Positions 9,948 to 19,411 of a DNA stretch of 64,000 nucleotides are shown here, piece by piece. How positions within the stretch are numbered: position 1 is the first letter of the stretch; every line of letters starts with the position of its first letter. This stretch comes from Gammaproteobacteria bacterium (lineage in GTDB: Bacteria > Pseudomonadota > Gammaproteobacteria > GCA-001735895), in contig JAOTXY010000010.1 in the NCBI GenBank assembly GCA_029862125.1, forward strand, positions 41 through 64,040, in the 5' to 3' direction. Position numbers and translations under genes: made by a program. The notes under the pieces are model-generated. The model worked only from the letters and a program-made list of their open reading frames with translations, searched no databases and was not told the DNA's origin.

Positions 9948-10883
9948 ATGAAAGTGTGTGTTCTCGGCGCCGCCGGTGGAATCGGCCAGCCGCTCTCCCT
10001 GTTACTCAAGTTACAACTGCCCGCGGGTAGCGAGCTGTCGCTTTACGACGTGGCACCTTTTACGCCCGGGGTTGCGGTCGATTTAAGTCATATCCCGACG
10101 GACGTCTGCGTTACCGGTTACGTCGGTGATGACGCCGAGGCTGCGATGAAGGATGCGGATATTGTCGTCATCCCGGCCGGCGTGCCGCGCAAGCCGGGAA
10201 TGACGCGTGACGACCTGTTTAACGTGAATGCCGGGATCGTCAAGAAGCTGATCGGTACGGGCGCGAAAGTCTGTCCCAATGCCTGTTTCGCAATCGTTAC
10301 AAACCCGGTCAACTCGACCGTACCCATCGCCGCCGAAGTGCTCAACGCTGCCGGGGTCTATGACAAGCGCAAATTGTTTGGAGTCACCACGCTCGACGTT
10401 ATCCGTTCCATCACCTTTGTCGCGCAAACTGCCGGCAAGAGCGTTGATGAAGTCAAGGTTGACGTGATTGGCGGCCACAGTGGCGTTACCATTCTGCCAT
10501 TGCTTTCGAGCGTTGACGGCGTGAAGCTGAGCCAATCGGAGATTGAAGCCCTGACACCCCGTATCCAGGAAGCCGGTACCGAAGTGGTCGAAGCCAAGGC
10601 AGGCGCCGGTTCGGCAACCCTTTCAATGGCGCAGGCCGCGGCTCGTTTCACCATGTCACTGGTTTCGGCAATGAATGGCGACTCTGTAACCGAGTGCTGC
10701 TACGTACAGGTTGGCGATGATACCCGCGCTTTCCATGCGCAACCAGTGGTGCTGGGCAAGGACGGAGTCGAATCGATCCCGCCGTTGCCTGCACTGAGCG
10801 ACTACGAAAAGAAATTACTGGATGAAATGCGGGGAACGCTGGAAGGCAATATCAACAAGGGTATCGAGTTCGCTAACGACTAG
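9948..10883 (+). CDS. mdh: Malate dehydrogenase (NAD-dependent, E. coli type)
   Basis: N-terminus [21 protein letters not shown]. Motifs [17 protein letters not shown] and [13 protein letters not shown] are the canonical gammaproteobacterial Mdh. Length is 311 aa. Confidence 0.95.
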   Translation: MKVCVLGAAGGIGQPLSLLLKLQLPAGSELSLYDVAPFTPGVAVDLSHIPTDVCVTGYVGDDAEAAMKDADIVVIPAGVPRKPGMTRDDLFNVNAGIVKKLIGTGAKVCPNACFAIVTNPVNSTVPIAAEVLNAAGVYDKRKLFGVTTLDVIRSITFVAQTAGKSVDEVKVDVIGGHSGVTILPLLSSVDGVKLSQSEIEALTPRIQEAGTEVVEAKAGAGSATLSMAQAAARFTMSLVSAMNGDSVTECCYVQVGDDTRAFHAQPVVLGKDGVESIPPLPALSDYEKKLLDEMRGTLEGNINKGIEFAND

Positions 10884-10894
10884 AGGCACCGAAA

Positions 10895-11314
10895 ATGCGT
10901 TACGCAATACTATTGTTATCCGTACTACTCGTAGTTGGTTGTAGTTCCAAGAATGCGCGTGAAGATAGCGCCGAAATCATTACCAAAATAGGCGTCATTA
11001 CTGCCAGGGAAGACGCCAGCATGAACGATATCGAAAAAGACAAAAATACTAGTACCAGCGTTTATGGATCCGTTTCGTCCGGGAGCAGGGGCAGCAGCGT
11101 ATCGATTGGAATAGGTGTTTTGCTCTCGTCCTTTTTCTCCGGTGATTCCGATCAGGACCTGGTGCGTTACGAAGTTGACCTGAAAGACGGCGGTCAATTT
11201 ACGATTTATCACGACAGCCTCGATTTTGAAGTCGACGACTGTGTCGAGATTACCGTGCACCCGGACGAAGACAAGTATCCGCCGACCATGAAACGCAAAA
11301 AAGGGGCTTGCTAG
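10895..11314 (+). CDS. Hypothetical lipoprotein
   Basis: Lipoprotein signal MRYAILLLSVLLVVGCSS. A Ser/Gly-rich central segment follows. No recognised domain. Confidence 0.5.
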   Translation: MRYAILLLSVLLVVGCSSKNAREDSAEIITKIGVITAREDASMNDIEKDKNTSTSVYGSVSSGSRGSSVSIGIGVLLSSFFSGDSDQDLVRYEVDLKDGGQFTIYHDSLDFEVDDCVEITVHPDEDKYPPTMKRKKGAC

Positions 11315-11479
11315 ACCGCTTGCATGTTTGCTCATTCCAGCTTTGCAAGCTGTAACGGGACTGTGGTAGGTTTAATATCCTCGCCGCGCTGCGCAGGCTA
11401 GCGCGGCGGTCCGACGTATCGACATCATGATGCCATCAGGGAATGGATTCCGGAATGACCTAAGTGGTATGCTTTTACC

Positions 11480-12121
11480 ATGTCCGACGAGAAAATATCC
11501 AGCAATGAAGCCATCGATGCCGCGCTGCACCTCGATGGTAACCCGGAGCACGTTAAACAGTTCTACGAAGACTGGGCCAAAAATTACAATATTGATACCA
11601 CCGGTTCGGACTATACCGGGCCCACGATTGCGGCGAAACTGTTACATCAGCATTTAACGGTTAAAGACAGCGAACTGCTCGATGCTGGATGCGGCACCGG
11701 GCTGGTTGGTATCGAGTTACAGTCCCTCGGTTATATCAACGTCGATGGCTTTGATCTCTCAGACTCGATGGTTGAACTGGCCGCGGCAACCGGTGCCTAT
11801 CGACAGGTGCTGGGTAGTATCGACATGATGCGAGCCAGCGAAAGTTACCCGGCCGCAAGCTATGACGCGATTTTATCGGTCGGCGTTTTTACCCTTGGAC
11901 ATGTGCCACCCGAGGCGTTGCATGTATTGCTTGGGCTTACCAGGGCAGGTGGACTGTTGGTGATATCGACGCGCACGCATTACTACGACCAGACCAACTT
12001 CCAGCAGGTAGTCGACGAACTCACCGCGAGCCAGCAGGCCGAATTGATCCAGCTAATCAAGGATGCACCCTATAACAATGATGGTGATGGCCATTACTGG
12101 GTTTTCCGAAAATCAGGCTGA
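11480..12121 (+). CDS. Class I SAM-dependent methyltransferase
   Basis: Motif I LDAGCGTGLVGIEL. Length is 213 aa. Confidence 0.75.
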   Translation: MSDEKISSNEAIDAALHLDGNPEHVKQFYEDWAKNYNIDTTGSDYTGPTIAAKLLHQHLTVKDSELLDAGCGTGLVGIELQSLGYINVDGFDLSDSMVELAAATGAYRQVLGSIDMMRASESYPAASYDAILSVGVFTLGHVPPEALHVLLGLTRAGGLLVISTRTHYYDQTNFQQVVDELTASQQAELIQLIKDAPYNNDGDGHYWVFRKSG

Positions 12122-12231
12122 TCGGGTTCTGACAAAAGAATCTTTTACGATTGAATCCGAAGCCGAGTTTGAGTTAAATACGTCAGTCCTCCGGATTCCC
12201 GTCGACACAACGATTACTGGAGTAACTTTTC

Positions 12232-13380
12232 ATGCCGTCCAAGCGTTTGAATGTCATCAGTCACTGCGCCAAGTCACCATGGTTTTCCCGAACCTGGAGT
12301 GAAGGCGCTTTTTACGGCGAGTATGCCGGCCGCCTGGTACTGTTGTCGCTGGGAAACGATACGATCGAGGAATACTGGAAGCTGCGTAAAGCGGTTGGAC
12401 TGTTTGACGTGCCCGAGCGCCCGGTTGAAATCAAGGGCCGGGATGCCGTTAAATTCCTGAATCGCGTGCTTACGCGCCCAGTCGATAAACTTCGCGTTGG
12501 CCGCGGTAGCTACGGACTATTGTGCCACCAGGGTGGTGGCATGGTGTGCGATGGGATTTTATTCAAACTGGCCGAAGATCATTTCTGGTACGTGCACGCC
12601 GACGCCGATGTCTACCTGTGGCTGGTTGCGCATGCAGTCGATTACGCGGTTGAAATTCGCGACCCGCGGTCCTGGGTACTGCAGGTTCAGGGGCCGAAAT
12701 CGATGGCAGTGCTGGCCAATGCCTGCGATGACGGTGCACCTGAAGAATTTCGTTATTTCGACGTCTTCCAGGGGCACATGGGTGGACAGAAAGTGTTGGT
12801 CAGCCGTACTGGCTGGTCGGCGGAACTGGGCTTTGAAGTATATAATATGGATCCCGATGTCGATGGCCCGGCGCTTTGGGATCACCTGATGGCCGCAGGT
12901 GCCGACAGCGGCATCGCCGGTTGCGGGCAGATGTCGATGAATATACGGCGCATCGAAGGCGGCATCCTCAACTATCGCAGCGACATGGACTGGGATACGA
13001 CGCCTTACGATATGGGGCTTGGCATGTTTGTTGATCTTGAGGGCCACGATTTTATCGGCCGGGATGCCCTGTGCAATGCCAGCAGGGAGCCTCGCTTTTG
13101 CGGCTTTAAATGTGAGGATCGGCAAATCAGGTTTGGTTCCGCGGTCCAGTCGAATGGTCAGTCGGTGGGTCGCGTAACGGCCTACGAGATTTCGCCTTAC
13201 CTGGAATGCGGCGTTGGTTTCGTGTTGCTCGACTCGCCCGAGTATATGGGTGCGACTGGACTCAGTATTATCGATCGGGATGGCGACGTATGTCCGGTGG
13301 AGTTGGTAGAGCTGCCTTTTTACGATGCTGAGAAGAACATTCCGCGCGGCCTCGAACCGACCGATGGCGGAATCGATTAA
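12232..13380 (+). CDS. GcvT-family aminomethyltransferase (folate-dependent demethylase; DmdA-like)
   Basis: GcvT-family hallmarks: VGLFDV, RTGWSAELGFEVY and IGRDAL. Size of about 380 aa and the blocks SR[TS]GWS...GFE[VI]Y / RIE.G.L.Y..DM...TP.. / GLG.F...E.IGRDAL resemble DMSP demethylase DmdA and other single-domain GcvT homologs. Substrate cannot be assigned from sequence. Confidence 0.65.
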   Translation: MPSKRLNVISHCAKSPWFSRTWSEGAFYGEYAGRLVLLSLGNDTIEEYWKLRKAVGLFDVPERPVEIKGRDAVKFLNRVLTRPVDKLRVGRGSYGLLCHQGGGMVCDGILFKLAEDHFWYVHADADVYLWLVAHAVDYAVEIRDPRSWVLQVQGPKSMAVLANACDDGAPEEFRYFDVFQGHMGGQKVLVSRTGWSAELGFEVYNMDPDVDGPALWDHLMAAGADSGIAGCGQMSMNIRRIEGGILNYRSDMDWDTTPYDMGLGMFVDLEGHDFIGRDALCNASREPRFCGFKCEDRQIRFGSAVQSNGQSVGRVTAYEISPYLECGVGFVLLDSPEYMGATGLSIIDRDGDVCPVELVELPFYDAEKNIPRGLEPTDGGID

Positions 13381-13397
13381 CAGGAGGAATCGGGAAC

Positions 13398-14150
13398 ATG
13401 TCGAACTTTGCAGGAAAAGTTGCCTTTGTCACCGGCGCCGGTGGCGGCATGGGATTTCAGATTGCCAGTGACCTGATTAACGCTGGCGCCAGCGTGTTGA
13501 TGTTCGATATCAAACCCGAACCCGGGGATATTCCGGGTAGCCCGGATCAATCACTTTACCTGCAGGCCGATTTAACCGATGAGCCTGTCGTAGCCGCCGC
13601 GGTTGAAAAGGCGGTTGAATTATTTGGTGGTATCGATTTGCTTGCAAACGTGGCGGGCGCACTGTGGTTTGACCGAGATAAAACCGCGCTCGAAATCGAC
13701 CTGGATGTGTGGGACCAGGTGATGGCAATCAACCTGAAAAGCATGGTGCACACCACGCGGCATGTCGTGCCGCAGATGCGCAAACGCGGTGGGGGTGCCA
13801 TGGTGCATTTTTCGTCGACGCAATGCATGCGCGGTGATTCCGCACCCCAGGACGCCTACCAGGCCGCCAAGGCTGGCGTGGTGGCGTTTTCCAAGTCGCT
13901 GGCTATTCAGTTGGCAGCTGAAAACATTCGCTCCAACGTGATTTATCCGGGGCCCAGTGAGTCGCCGATGCAGGATCGCTGGAAACAGAATCCCGGTGCC
14001 CAGGCCGCCACGGCCAGTGCGATACCTTTGGGACGCGTTGGCACGGTCGAAGATATGTCGAATGCCTGTCTGTTTTTACTTTCTGAAAAGGCTTCCTTTA
14101 TTACCGGCACCGAGTTACTGGTCGATGGTGGTTTGCAGGCAAAACCGTGA
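13398..14150 (+). CDS. SDR family NAD(P)-dependent oxidoreductase
   Basis: TGAGGGMG glycine-rich motif and YQAAK catalytic motif. Length is 250 aa. Confidence 0.85.
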   Translation: MSNFAGKVAFVTGAGGGMGFQIASDLINAGASVLMFDIKPEPGDIPGSPDQSLYLQADLTDEPVVAAAVEKAVELFGGIDLLANVAGALWFDRDKTALEIDLDVWDQVMAINLKSMVHTTRHVVPQMRKRGGGAMVHFSSTQCMRGDSAPQDAYQAAKAGVVAFSKSLAIQLAAENIRSNVIYPGPSESPMQDRWKQNPGAQAATASAIPLGRVGTVEDMSNACLFLLSEKASFITGTELLVDGGLQAKP

Positions 14151-14211
14151 TTTTACCCCGCAGTTAAAAATTCTGGCATAGTAGGCTTTCGTTTCAGTTT
14201 GAGATGAAGCA

Positions 14212-14967
14212 ATGACTTCCAGAATTTCAATATTGATTACCGGTGCGTCGGGTGGGATAGGCCGCGCGGCCGCTATCGAATGCGCGCAGCGTGGTGCCAG
14301 GATAGGTGTTCACTATAACGGTAATCGCGAACGTGCCGAGTCAACGCTCGCCGCGCTGGCGGGAGATGGTCACCAGTTGTTTCAATGCGACATTACCGAT
14401 CCGGTCGCAGCGCAACAACTGATCGAAGATGCGAACCAGGTCCTCGATGGCCTCGATGTGCTGGTGAACAATGCCGGCATCTCGCAGCGCCATCAGTTCG
14501 ACGAGATCGACTATGCCACCTGGCAGCAAACCTGGCAGCGTATTGTCAACACCAACCTGACTGCAGCGAGTAACCTGTGCTTTTTAGCAGGCAAAAAAAT
14601 GATTGCTGCCGGTGGCGGACGAATTGTCAATGTATCGTCGCGCGGGGCATTTCGCGGTGAACCGCTGATGCCCTGGTACGGCGCGTCCAAGGCCGGTATG
14701 AATGCAATGGGCCAATCGCTGGCGCAGGCACTGGGCCCGAAAGGAGTGTTTGTTTATACCGTCGCACCCGGCTTTGTCGAGACTGAAATGGCCGCGGCAG
14801 TGCTGGCCTCACCTGAAGGTGACAATATCAGGAACCAAAGCAGTATCGGTCGGGTGGCGCAACCCGGGGAACTCGGTAAAACGATTGGATTTCTCGCTTT
14901 TGAAGCGCCCGAATTCATGACCGGTTGCATCGTCGATGTCAACGGCGCGTCCTACCTGCGATCCTGA
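14212..14967 (+). CDS. SDR family oxidoreductase (3-oxoacyl-ACP reductase-like)
   Basis: TGASGGIGRAAA and NNAG motifs. YGASKAG catalytic Tyr/Lys. The stop overlaps the next start (TGATG at 14965-14969). Confidence 0.85.
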   Translation: MTSRISILITGASGGIGRAAAIECAQRGARIGVHYNGNRERAESTLAALAGDGHQLFQCDITDPVAAQQLIEDANQVLDGLDVLVNNAGISQRHQFDEIDYATWQQTWQRIVNTNLTAASNLCFLAGKKMIAAGGGRIVNVSSRGAFRGEPLMPWYGASKAGMNAMGQSLAQALGPKGVFVYTVAPGFVETEMAAAVLASPEGDNIRNQSSIGRVAQPGELGKTIGFLAFEAPEFMTGCIVDVNGASYLRS

Positions 14968-16073
14968 TGGAATACGACTTTATCGTTGCCGGTGGCGGCC
15001 TGGTTGGATCATCGATTGCCTACGGGCTCGCCCGGCAGAAATACAAGGTGGCGGTGCTTGACGGTGGTGATCGCTCGTTTCGCGCCTCGCGCGGTAACTT
15101 CGGCCTGGTATGGGTGCAGGGCAAGGGCTGGGATTATGCACCCTACGCGCAATGGACCGGGCAGGCCGCCGACCTGTGGCCACAATTTGTGGCAGAACTT
15201 GTCAATGAAACCGGGGTAGAGATCGATTACCAGCGCTCAGGCGGCATGCATTTTTGCCTGAACGAGGCAGAGTGGAGAGAACGTGAGCGCGAAATGGAAA
15301 TGGTTCGTCAACACACGGGCGGAGCATTCGAATATGAAATGCTGGACCATGATCGACTGCAACAGCAAATTCCACAAGTTTCGAATACGGTTCTGGGTGC
15401 GAGCTATTCACCGCAGGATGGTCACGTCAATCCGCTCTACTTACTGCAGGCGTTGCAGCAAGGTATGGACGCTCACCAGGTGCATTATTACCCCAATCAG
15501 TCGATCGATCGAATCGAGGCGAAGCAGGGTGGTTTTTATACTCACTCCACCGAGGGTACGTTGTCTGCCGAGAAAGTCGTGCTCTGTGCCGGGCTCGACA
15601 ATCGGCGCCTCGGTGAAATGCTGGGCATGGATATTCCCGTCGTCGTCGATCGCGGCCAGATCATGATTACCGAACGGCTGCAACCGTTTCTGAACCTGCC
15701 GACGCTGCATGTGCGTCAGACTGCGGAAGGTACCGTGCAAATCGGGTATTCCCACGAGGATGTGGGCCTCGACGACGGTACCAGCCCGTCGGTATTGAAA
15801 AAGATAGCCCGGCGCGCGGTGTTAATGTTTCCGTTCCTGGCGCGTGTGCAACTGGTGCGCGCCTGGGGCGCACTGCGAATCATGACGCCGGACCATAACC
15901 CGATATACCAGCAATCTACCGACTGTCCGGGTGCGTTTACCGTCACCTGTCATAGTGGCGTCACCCTTGCTGCAATGCACTCCGGACCGGTTGCTGAATG
16001 GATAGGCGGTAGCAGTCGGCCTGATCTTATCAACCAGTTCAGTACAGACCGGTTCAATGTTTCGCCTGGTTGA
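14967..16073 (+). CDS. FAD-dependent oxidoreductase, DAO family (beta subunit of HcnC/OoxB/LhpB-type heteromeric dehydrogenase)
   Basis: MEYDFIVAGGGLVGSSIAYGLA dinucleotide-binding motif at the chosen ATG. About 368 aa. Immediately followed, with overlaps, by a 2Fe-2S small subunit and an HcnB-like subunit. Confidence 0.75.
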   Translation: MEYDFIVAGGGLVGSSIAYGLARQKYKVAVLDGGDRSFRASRGNFGLVWVQGKGWDYAPYAQWTGQAADLWPQFVAELVNETGVEIDYQRSGGMHFCLNEAEWREREREMEMVRQHTGGAFEYEMLDHDRLQQQIPQVSNTVLGASYSPQDGHVNPLYLLQALQQGMDAHQVHYYPNQSIDRIEAKQGGFYTHSTEGTLSAEKVVLCAGLDNRRLGEMLGMDIPVVVDRGQIMITERLQPFLNLPTLHVRQTAEGTVQIGYSHEDVGLDDGTSPSVLKKIARRAVLMFPFLARVQLVRAWGALRIMTPDHNPIYQQSTDCPGAFTVTCHSGVTLAAMHSGPVAEWIGGSSRPDLINQFSTDRFNVSPG

Positions 16074-16359
16074 TGAAACAAGTGTCGATACGCTGAAGCT
16101 GAGTATCGAGGGTCGTGAATACGATGTTCCGGTCGGTATTTCGGTTGCCGCGGCGGTTTTGCTGTGTGGCATCACCAGGCTGCGCAATACCCCCGTGTCC
16201 GGTTCTCCGCGATTGCCCTATTGCATGATGGGCATTTGTTTCGATTGCCTGATGACCATCGACGGGTTTCCCAACCAGCAGGCCTGCCAGCTCGAGGTTC
16301 GTGAAAACATGACAATCGAGATTCAGCAGGGTGCGGCAGAACTGCTGCAGCAAAGATGA
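16057..16359 (+). CDS. (2Fe-2S)-binding small subunit (HcnA/LhpE-like gamma subunit)
   Basis: 100 aa with Cys cluster CMMGICFDC. Overlaps the upstream gene by 17 nt and the downstream gene by 4 nt (ATGA), implying translational coupling of a three-subunit enzyme. Confidence 0.7.
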   Translation: MFRLVDETSVDTLKLSIEGREYDVPVGISVAAAVLLCGITRLRNTPVSGSPRLPYCMMGICFDCLMTIDGFPNQQACQLEVRENMTIEIQQGAAELLQQR

Positions 16360-17747
16360 AGGACCATTACCAGTTACTCGTGATCGGTGCCGGGCCGGCG
16401 GGCCTCGCCGCGGCCGCGGAGGCTGCCCGCCTTGGCCTGGATGTCGCCCTGGTGGATGAGCAAAAGGCGCCGGGTGGACAAATCTACCGTAATGTTGGAT
16501 CGATTCAGGAACCTGTCAGTACTTACCTGGGAAAAGACTACCTGCGGGGCAAGCCATTGGTTGAAGAGTTTCTGCAAAGTGGCGCGACCTACATCAACAG
16601 TGCCTCGGTATGGTATCTCGATGAGCGCCTCGAGACCGGATTGTTGATCGATGGCGCCAGCCATTTCATCACCGCGGAGCGATTGATTCTGGCCACTGGC
16701 GCCCAGGAAAGGCCTATGCCATTGCCCGGTTGGCAGCTGCCTGGTGTTATGACAGCAGGCGCGGGACAGATTCTACTCAAATCCGCGGCGATGATTCCCA
16801 GTAGACGGGTAGTGCTGGCGGGGAGCGGTCCATTACTGCTACTAATAGCCTGGCAGTACCTGCAGGTCGGGGTAAAAATTGGCGCAATTATTGATACCAC
16901 GCCGGGTTCAGGTTTTTCCAAGTTACTACCTTACCTACCCCGTGCGCTACCGGCTTTTGACTACCTGCTCAAGGGTCTGTCATTCATACTCGCCATCAAA
17001 AAGGCGGGGATACCCGTTTATAAAGCGGTGGCTGATCTGCGCGCCGAAGGCCATGAGTCGCTGGAGTCGGTGAGTTTTACTACAGGCCTGGGAGATGGTA
17101 ACAAAAGAACAGAAATCGACATGGAAGCCGAGACCTTGTTATTGCACCAGGGTGTGATCCCAAATTTACGCCTGCCGCTGGCCGCCGGCTGTGAGCTTGA
17201 ATGGGATGCGCTGCAGCAAAGTTGGAAAATAGTCAAAGATATATGGGGTCAGAGTAGTGTTGACCAGGTGCTGGTGGCTGGGGATTGCGCGGGTATCGTC
17301 GGTGCCCGTGCAGGCGAGTTGCAGGGCAGGTTATGCGCCTTACAGGCCGCCCATCAATTAAAGAAGATCGATCTGCAACCGCGTGATAGAGCGGCGACGC
17401 GGATAAAACGTTCGCTACAAAGACATCTTTCGATCCGACCTTTTCTGGACACACTTTATCCGCCGGCAAAGGCCTACCAACTGCCCGATGATGAAACACT
17501 GGTGTGTCGCTGCGAGGAAGTTAATGCCGGACAAATACGCGAGGCCGCACGCATGGGTTGCGTCGGACCCAACCAGGTGAAAGCCTTTACCCGCTGTGGT
17601 ATGGGCCCTTGCCAGGGGTGTCTATGCGGCAGCACGGTATCGGCATTGATCGCGGACGAAACGGGTGCTTCGATGGAACAGGTTGGATATTTCCGGGTGC
17701 GGCCACCCTTCAAGCCGATCACTCTCGGTGAACTTGCGAATACCTAG
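16356..17747 (+). CDS. NAD(P)/FAD-dependent oxidoreductase alpha subunit (HcnB/OoxA/LhpF-like) with BFD-like [2Fe-2S] domain
   Basis: IGAGPAGLAAAAEAARLG FAD motif. A second nucleotide-binding motif VLAGSGPLLL. C-terminal CRCEEV...C..GPCQGCLC Cys-rich BFD-like motif. Length is 463 aa. Confidence 0.75.
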   Translation: MKDHYQLLVIGAGPAGLAAAAEAARLGLDVALVDEQKAPGGQIYRNVGSIQEPVSTYLGKDYLRGKPLVEEFLQSGATYINSASVWYLDERLETGLLIDGASHFITAERLILATGAQERPMPLPGWQLPGVMTAGAGQILLKSAAMIPSRRVVLAGSGPLLLLIAWQYLQVGVKIGAIIDTTPGSGFSKLLPYLPRALPAFDYLLKGLSFILAIKKAGIPVYKAVADLRAEGHESLESVSFTTGLGDGNKRTEIDMEAETLLLHQGVIPNLRLPLAAGCELEWDALQQSWKIVKDIWGQSSVDQVLVAGDCAGIVGARAGELQGRLCALQAAHQLKKIDLQPRDRAATRIKRSLQRHLSIRPFLDTLYPPAKAYQLPDDETLVCRCEEVNAGQIREAARMGCVGPNQVKAFTRCGMGPCQGCLCGSTVSALIADETGASMEQVGYFRVRPPFKPITLGELANT

Positions 17748-17878
17748 CCGTATTTATCCGGACCGAATGTCAAAGTAACAGATGGGCCAGGCTACAACAG
17801 CAATCTGTAACAGCAGGATATTCAGAAACAGGAAAATTGTTTGGTGATCAAACCCTGAACATGCCACACTAAATCACT

Positions 17879-19300
17879 ATGGAAGGCACCGTATCATTAC
17901 CGATCTGGTTGTTTATCCTGTTACTGGTTACCGCCTTGTTGCTGGTGCTGGATCGGATCCTGTTACCGGGATTTCGCTGGTATTTGCGGCGTCGCGTCAA
18001 TCGCGTCATCGAGGAAGTTAATACCCGGCTAGATATCGAGATCAGGCCTTTTCAGCTGACGCGCAAGCAGGCGTTGATTGACCAGCTGGTGTTTGATGAC
18101 AAGGTGGTAGCGGCGATGAAGGAATACGCGGCCGAACACAATATGCCGAAGGAAGTGGTGCAGGCGAAAGTTTTTCGCTATGCGAACGAAATTGCGCCTT
18201 CGTTCAATGCCTACATTTATTTCCGCTTCGGTTACTGGCTTGCGAAAACACTGGGACGCATGCTTTACCGGGTGCGGGTCGGGTTTCATGACGAGGGCGA
18301 ACTGTCACAAGTTGACCCGAACGCGAGCGTCGTATTTGTCATGAATCATCGCAGCAACATGGATTATGTACTGGTGTCATTCCTGGTTGCTGAAAAAACC
18401 GCGCTGTCCTACGCGGTCGGTGAATGGGCCAGGATCTGGCCGTTGCAGTCGTTGATAAAATCGATGGGTGCTTTTTTTGTGCGCCGTAACTCGCGTAACC
18501 CGCTCTATCGACGAGTGCTGGAGCGCTATGTGAATCTCGCCACGCGCGCCGGTGTATGCCAGGCCGTGTTCCTCGAGGGAGGGCTGACGCGCGATGGAGC
18601 ACTACGCGAGCCCAAGCAGGGTTTTCTGGACTACATGCTGCGTGACTATCGTGCTGGCAGTGATCGCGACGTCGTTTTCGTGCCGGTGGGCATTAATTAC
18701 GACCGCGTGCTGGAAGACATGAGCCTGGTACGAAAACTCGATCCGGAGGCTGAAACCAGAAGCCCCTGGTTTGTTGTAAAAACGAGTTTTAAATTTGGTT
18801 TGAAAACGCTTTTAATGAGTCGCAAAAAACGCTGGCTAAGGTTCGGCTATGCCAGTGTCAATTTTGGTAAGCCGGTATCGGTTTTTGAGTATTGCCAACA
18901 GCACAACGTCAACCTGTCTGAACTGGACCAGGCCAGGCGTTTTCAGCACATTGAAGAGCTCAGTCACCAGTTGATGGATGAAATTGCCGACGTGGTGCCG
19001 GTGTTACCGATCGCGTTAATGAGCGAAGTGGTACTTGCCAATCAGTCTGACTGGCTCAGCGAACTGGGAGCCAAGACAGTGGCCGTCGCGCGCATCGAGG
19101 ACCTGCATGCGCGGGGGGCGCCGATAAGAATATCGGCTAACGCTTGCGAAGATGTATTGACGGCGGCGCTTTCAATGCTCGAAGGACGTGGATTTATCGA
19201 ACGCAGGGAAGGTCTCATTCGAGCCAGGTCGGAGGCACTGGATATATTGAATTATTACGCCAATTCAATAAAACAATGGCAAACAGGAGCATCGTCTTGA
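17879..19300 (+). CDS. Glycerol-3-phosphate/lysophospholipid acyltransferase family protein (PlsB-like, HX4D motif)
   Basis: N-terminal TM helix. Acyltransferase catalytic motif VMNHRSNMDY (H-x4-D). FLEGGLTRDG block III-like motif. 473 aa, shorter than E. coli PlsB. Confidence 0.55.
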   Translation: MEGTVSLPIWLFILLLVTALLLVLDRILLPGFRWYLRRRVNRVIEEVNTRLDIEIRPFQLTRKQALIDQLVFDDKVVAAMKEYAAEHNMPKEVVQAKVFRYANEIAPSFNAYIYFRFGYWLAKTLGRMLYRVRVGFHDEGELSQVDPNASVVFVMNHRSNMDYVLVSFLVAEKTALSYAVGEWARIWPLQSLIKSMGAFFVRRNSRNPLYRRVLERYVNLATRAGVCQAVFLEGGLTRDGALREPKQGFLDYMLRDYRAGSDRDVVFVPVGINYDRVLEDMSLVRKLDPEAETRSPWFVVKTSFKFGLKTLLMSRKKRWLRFGYASVNFGKPVSVFEYCQQHNVNLSELDQARRFQHIEELSHQLMDEIADVVPVLPIALMSEVVLANQSDWLSELGAKTVAVARIEDLHARGAPIRISANACEDVLTAALSMLEGRGFIERREGLIRARSEALDILNYYANSIKQWQTGASS

Positions 19301-19411
19301 GTAGGATCCTGATTTCGAGATCGACCGCCGGGATCGCGTTGTACCGGGTTGATAGATTGCCCAAACCTTCATTGCCCGGTGTGAGAGCCCTGAATGGGTC
19401 CCCGGCAGCCG

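Noticed and set aside
12497-13125. Overlapping ORFs (130 aa on +, 188 aa on -) inside the GcvT-family gene
   Set aside because: Alternative frames of a gene with clear aminomethyltransferase motifs. No independent support.
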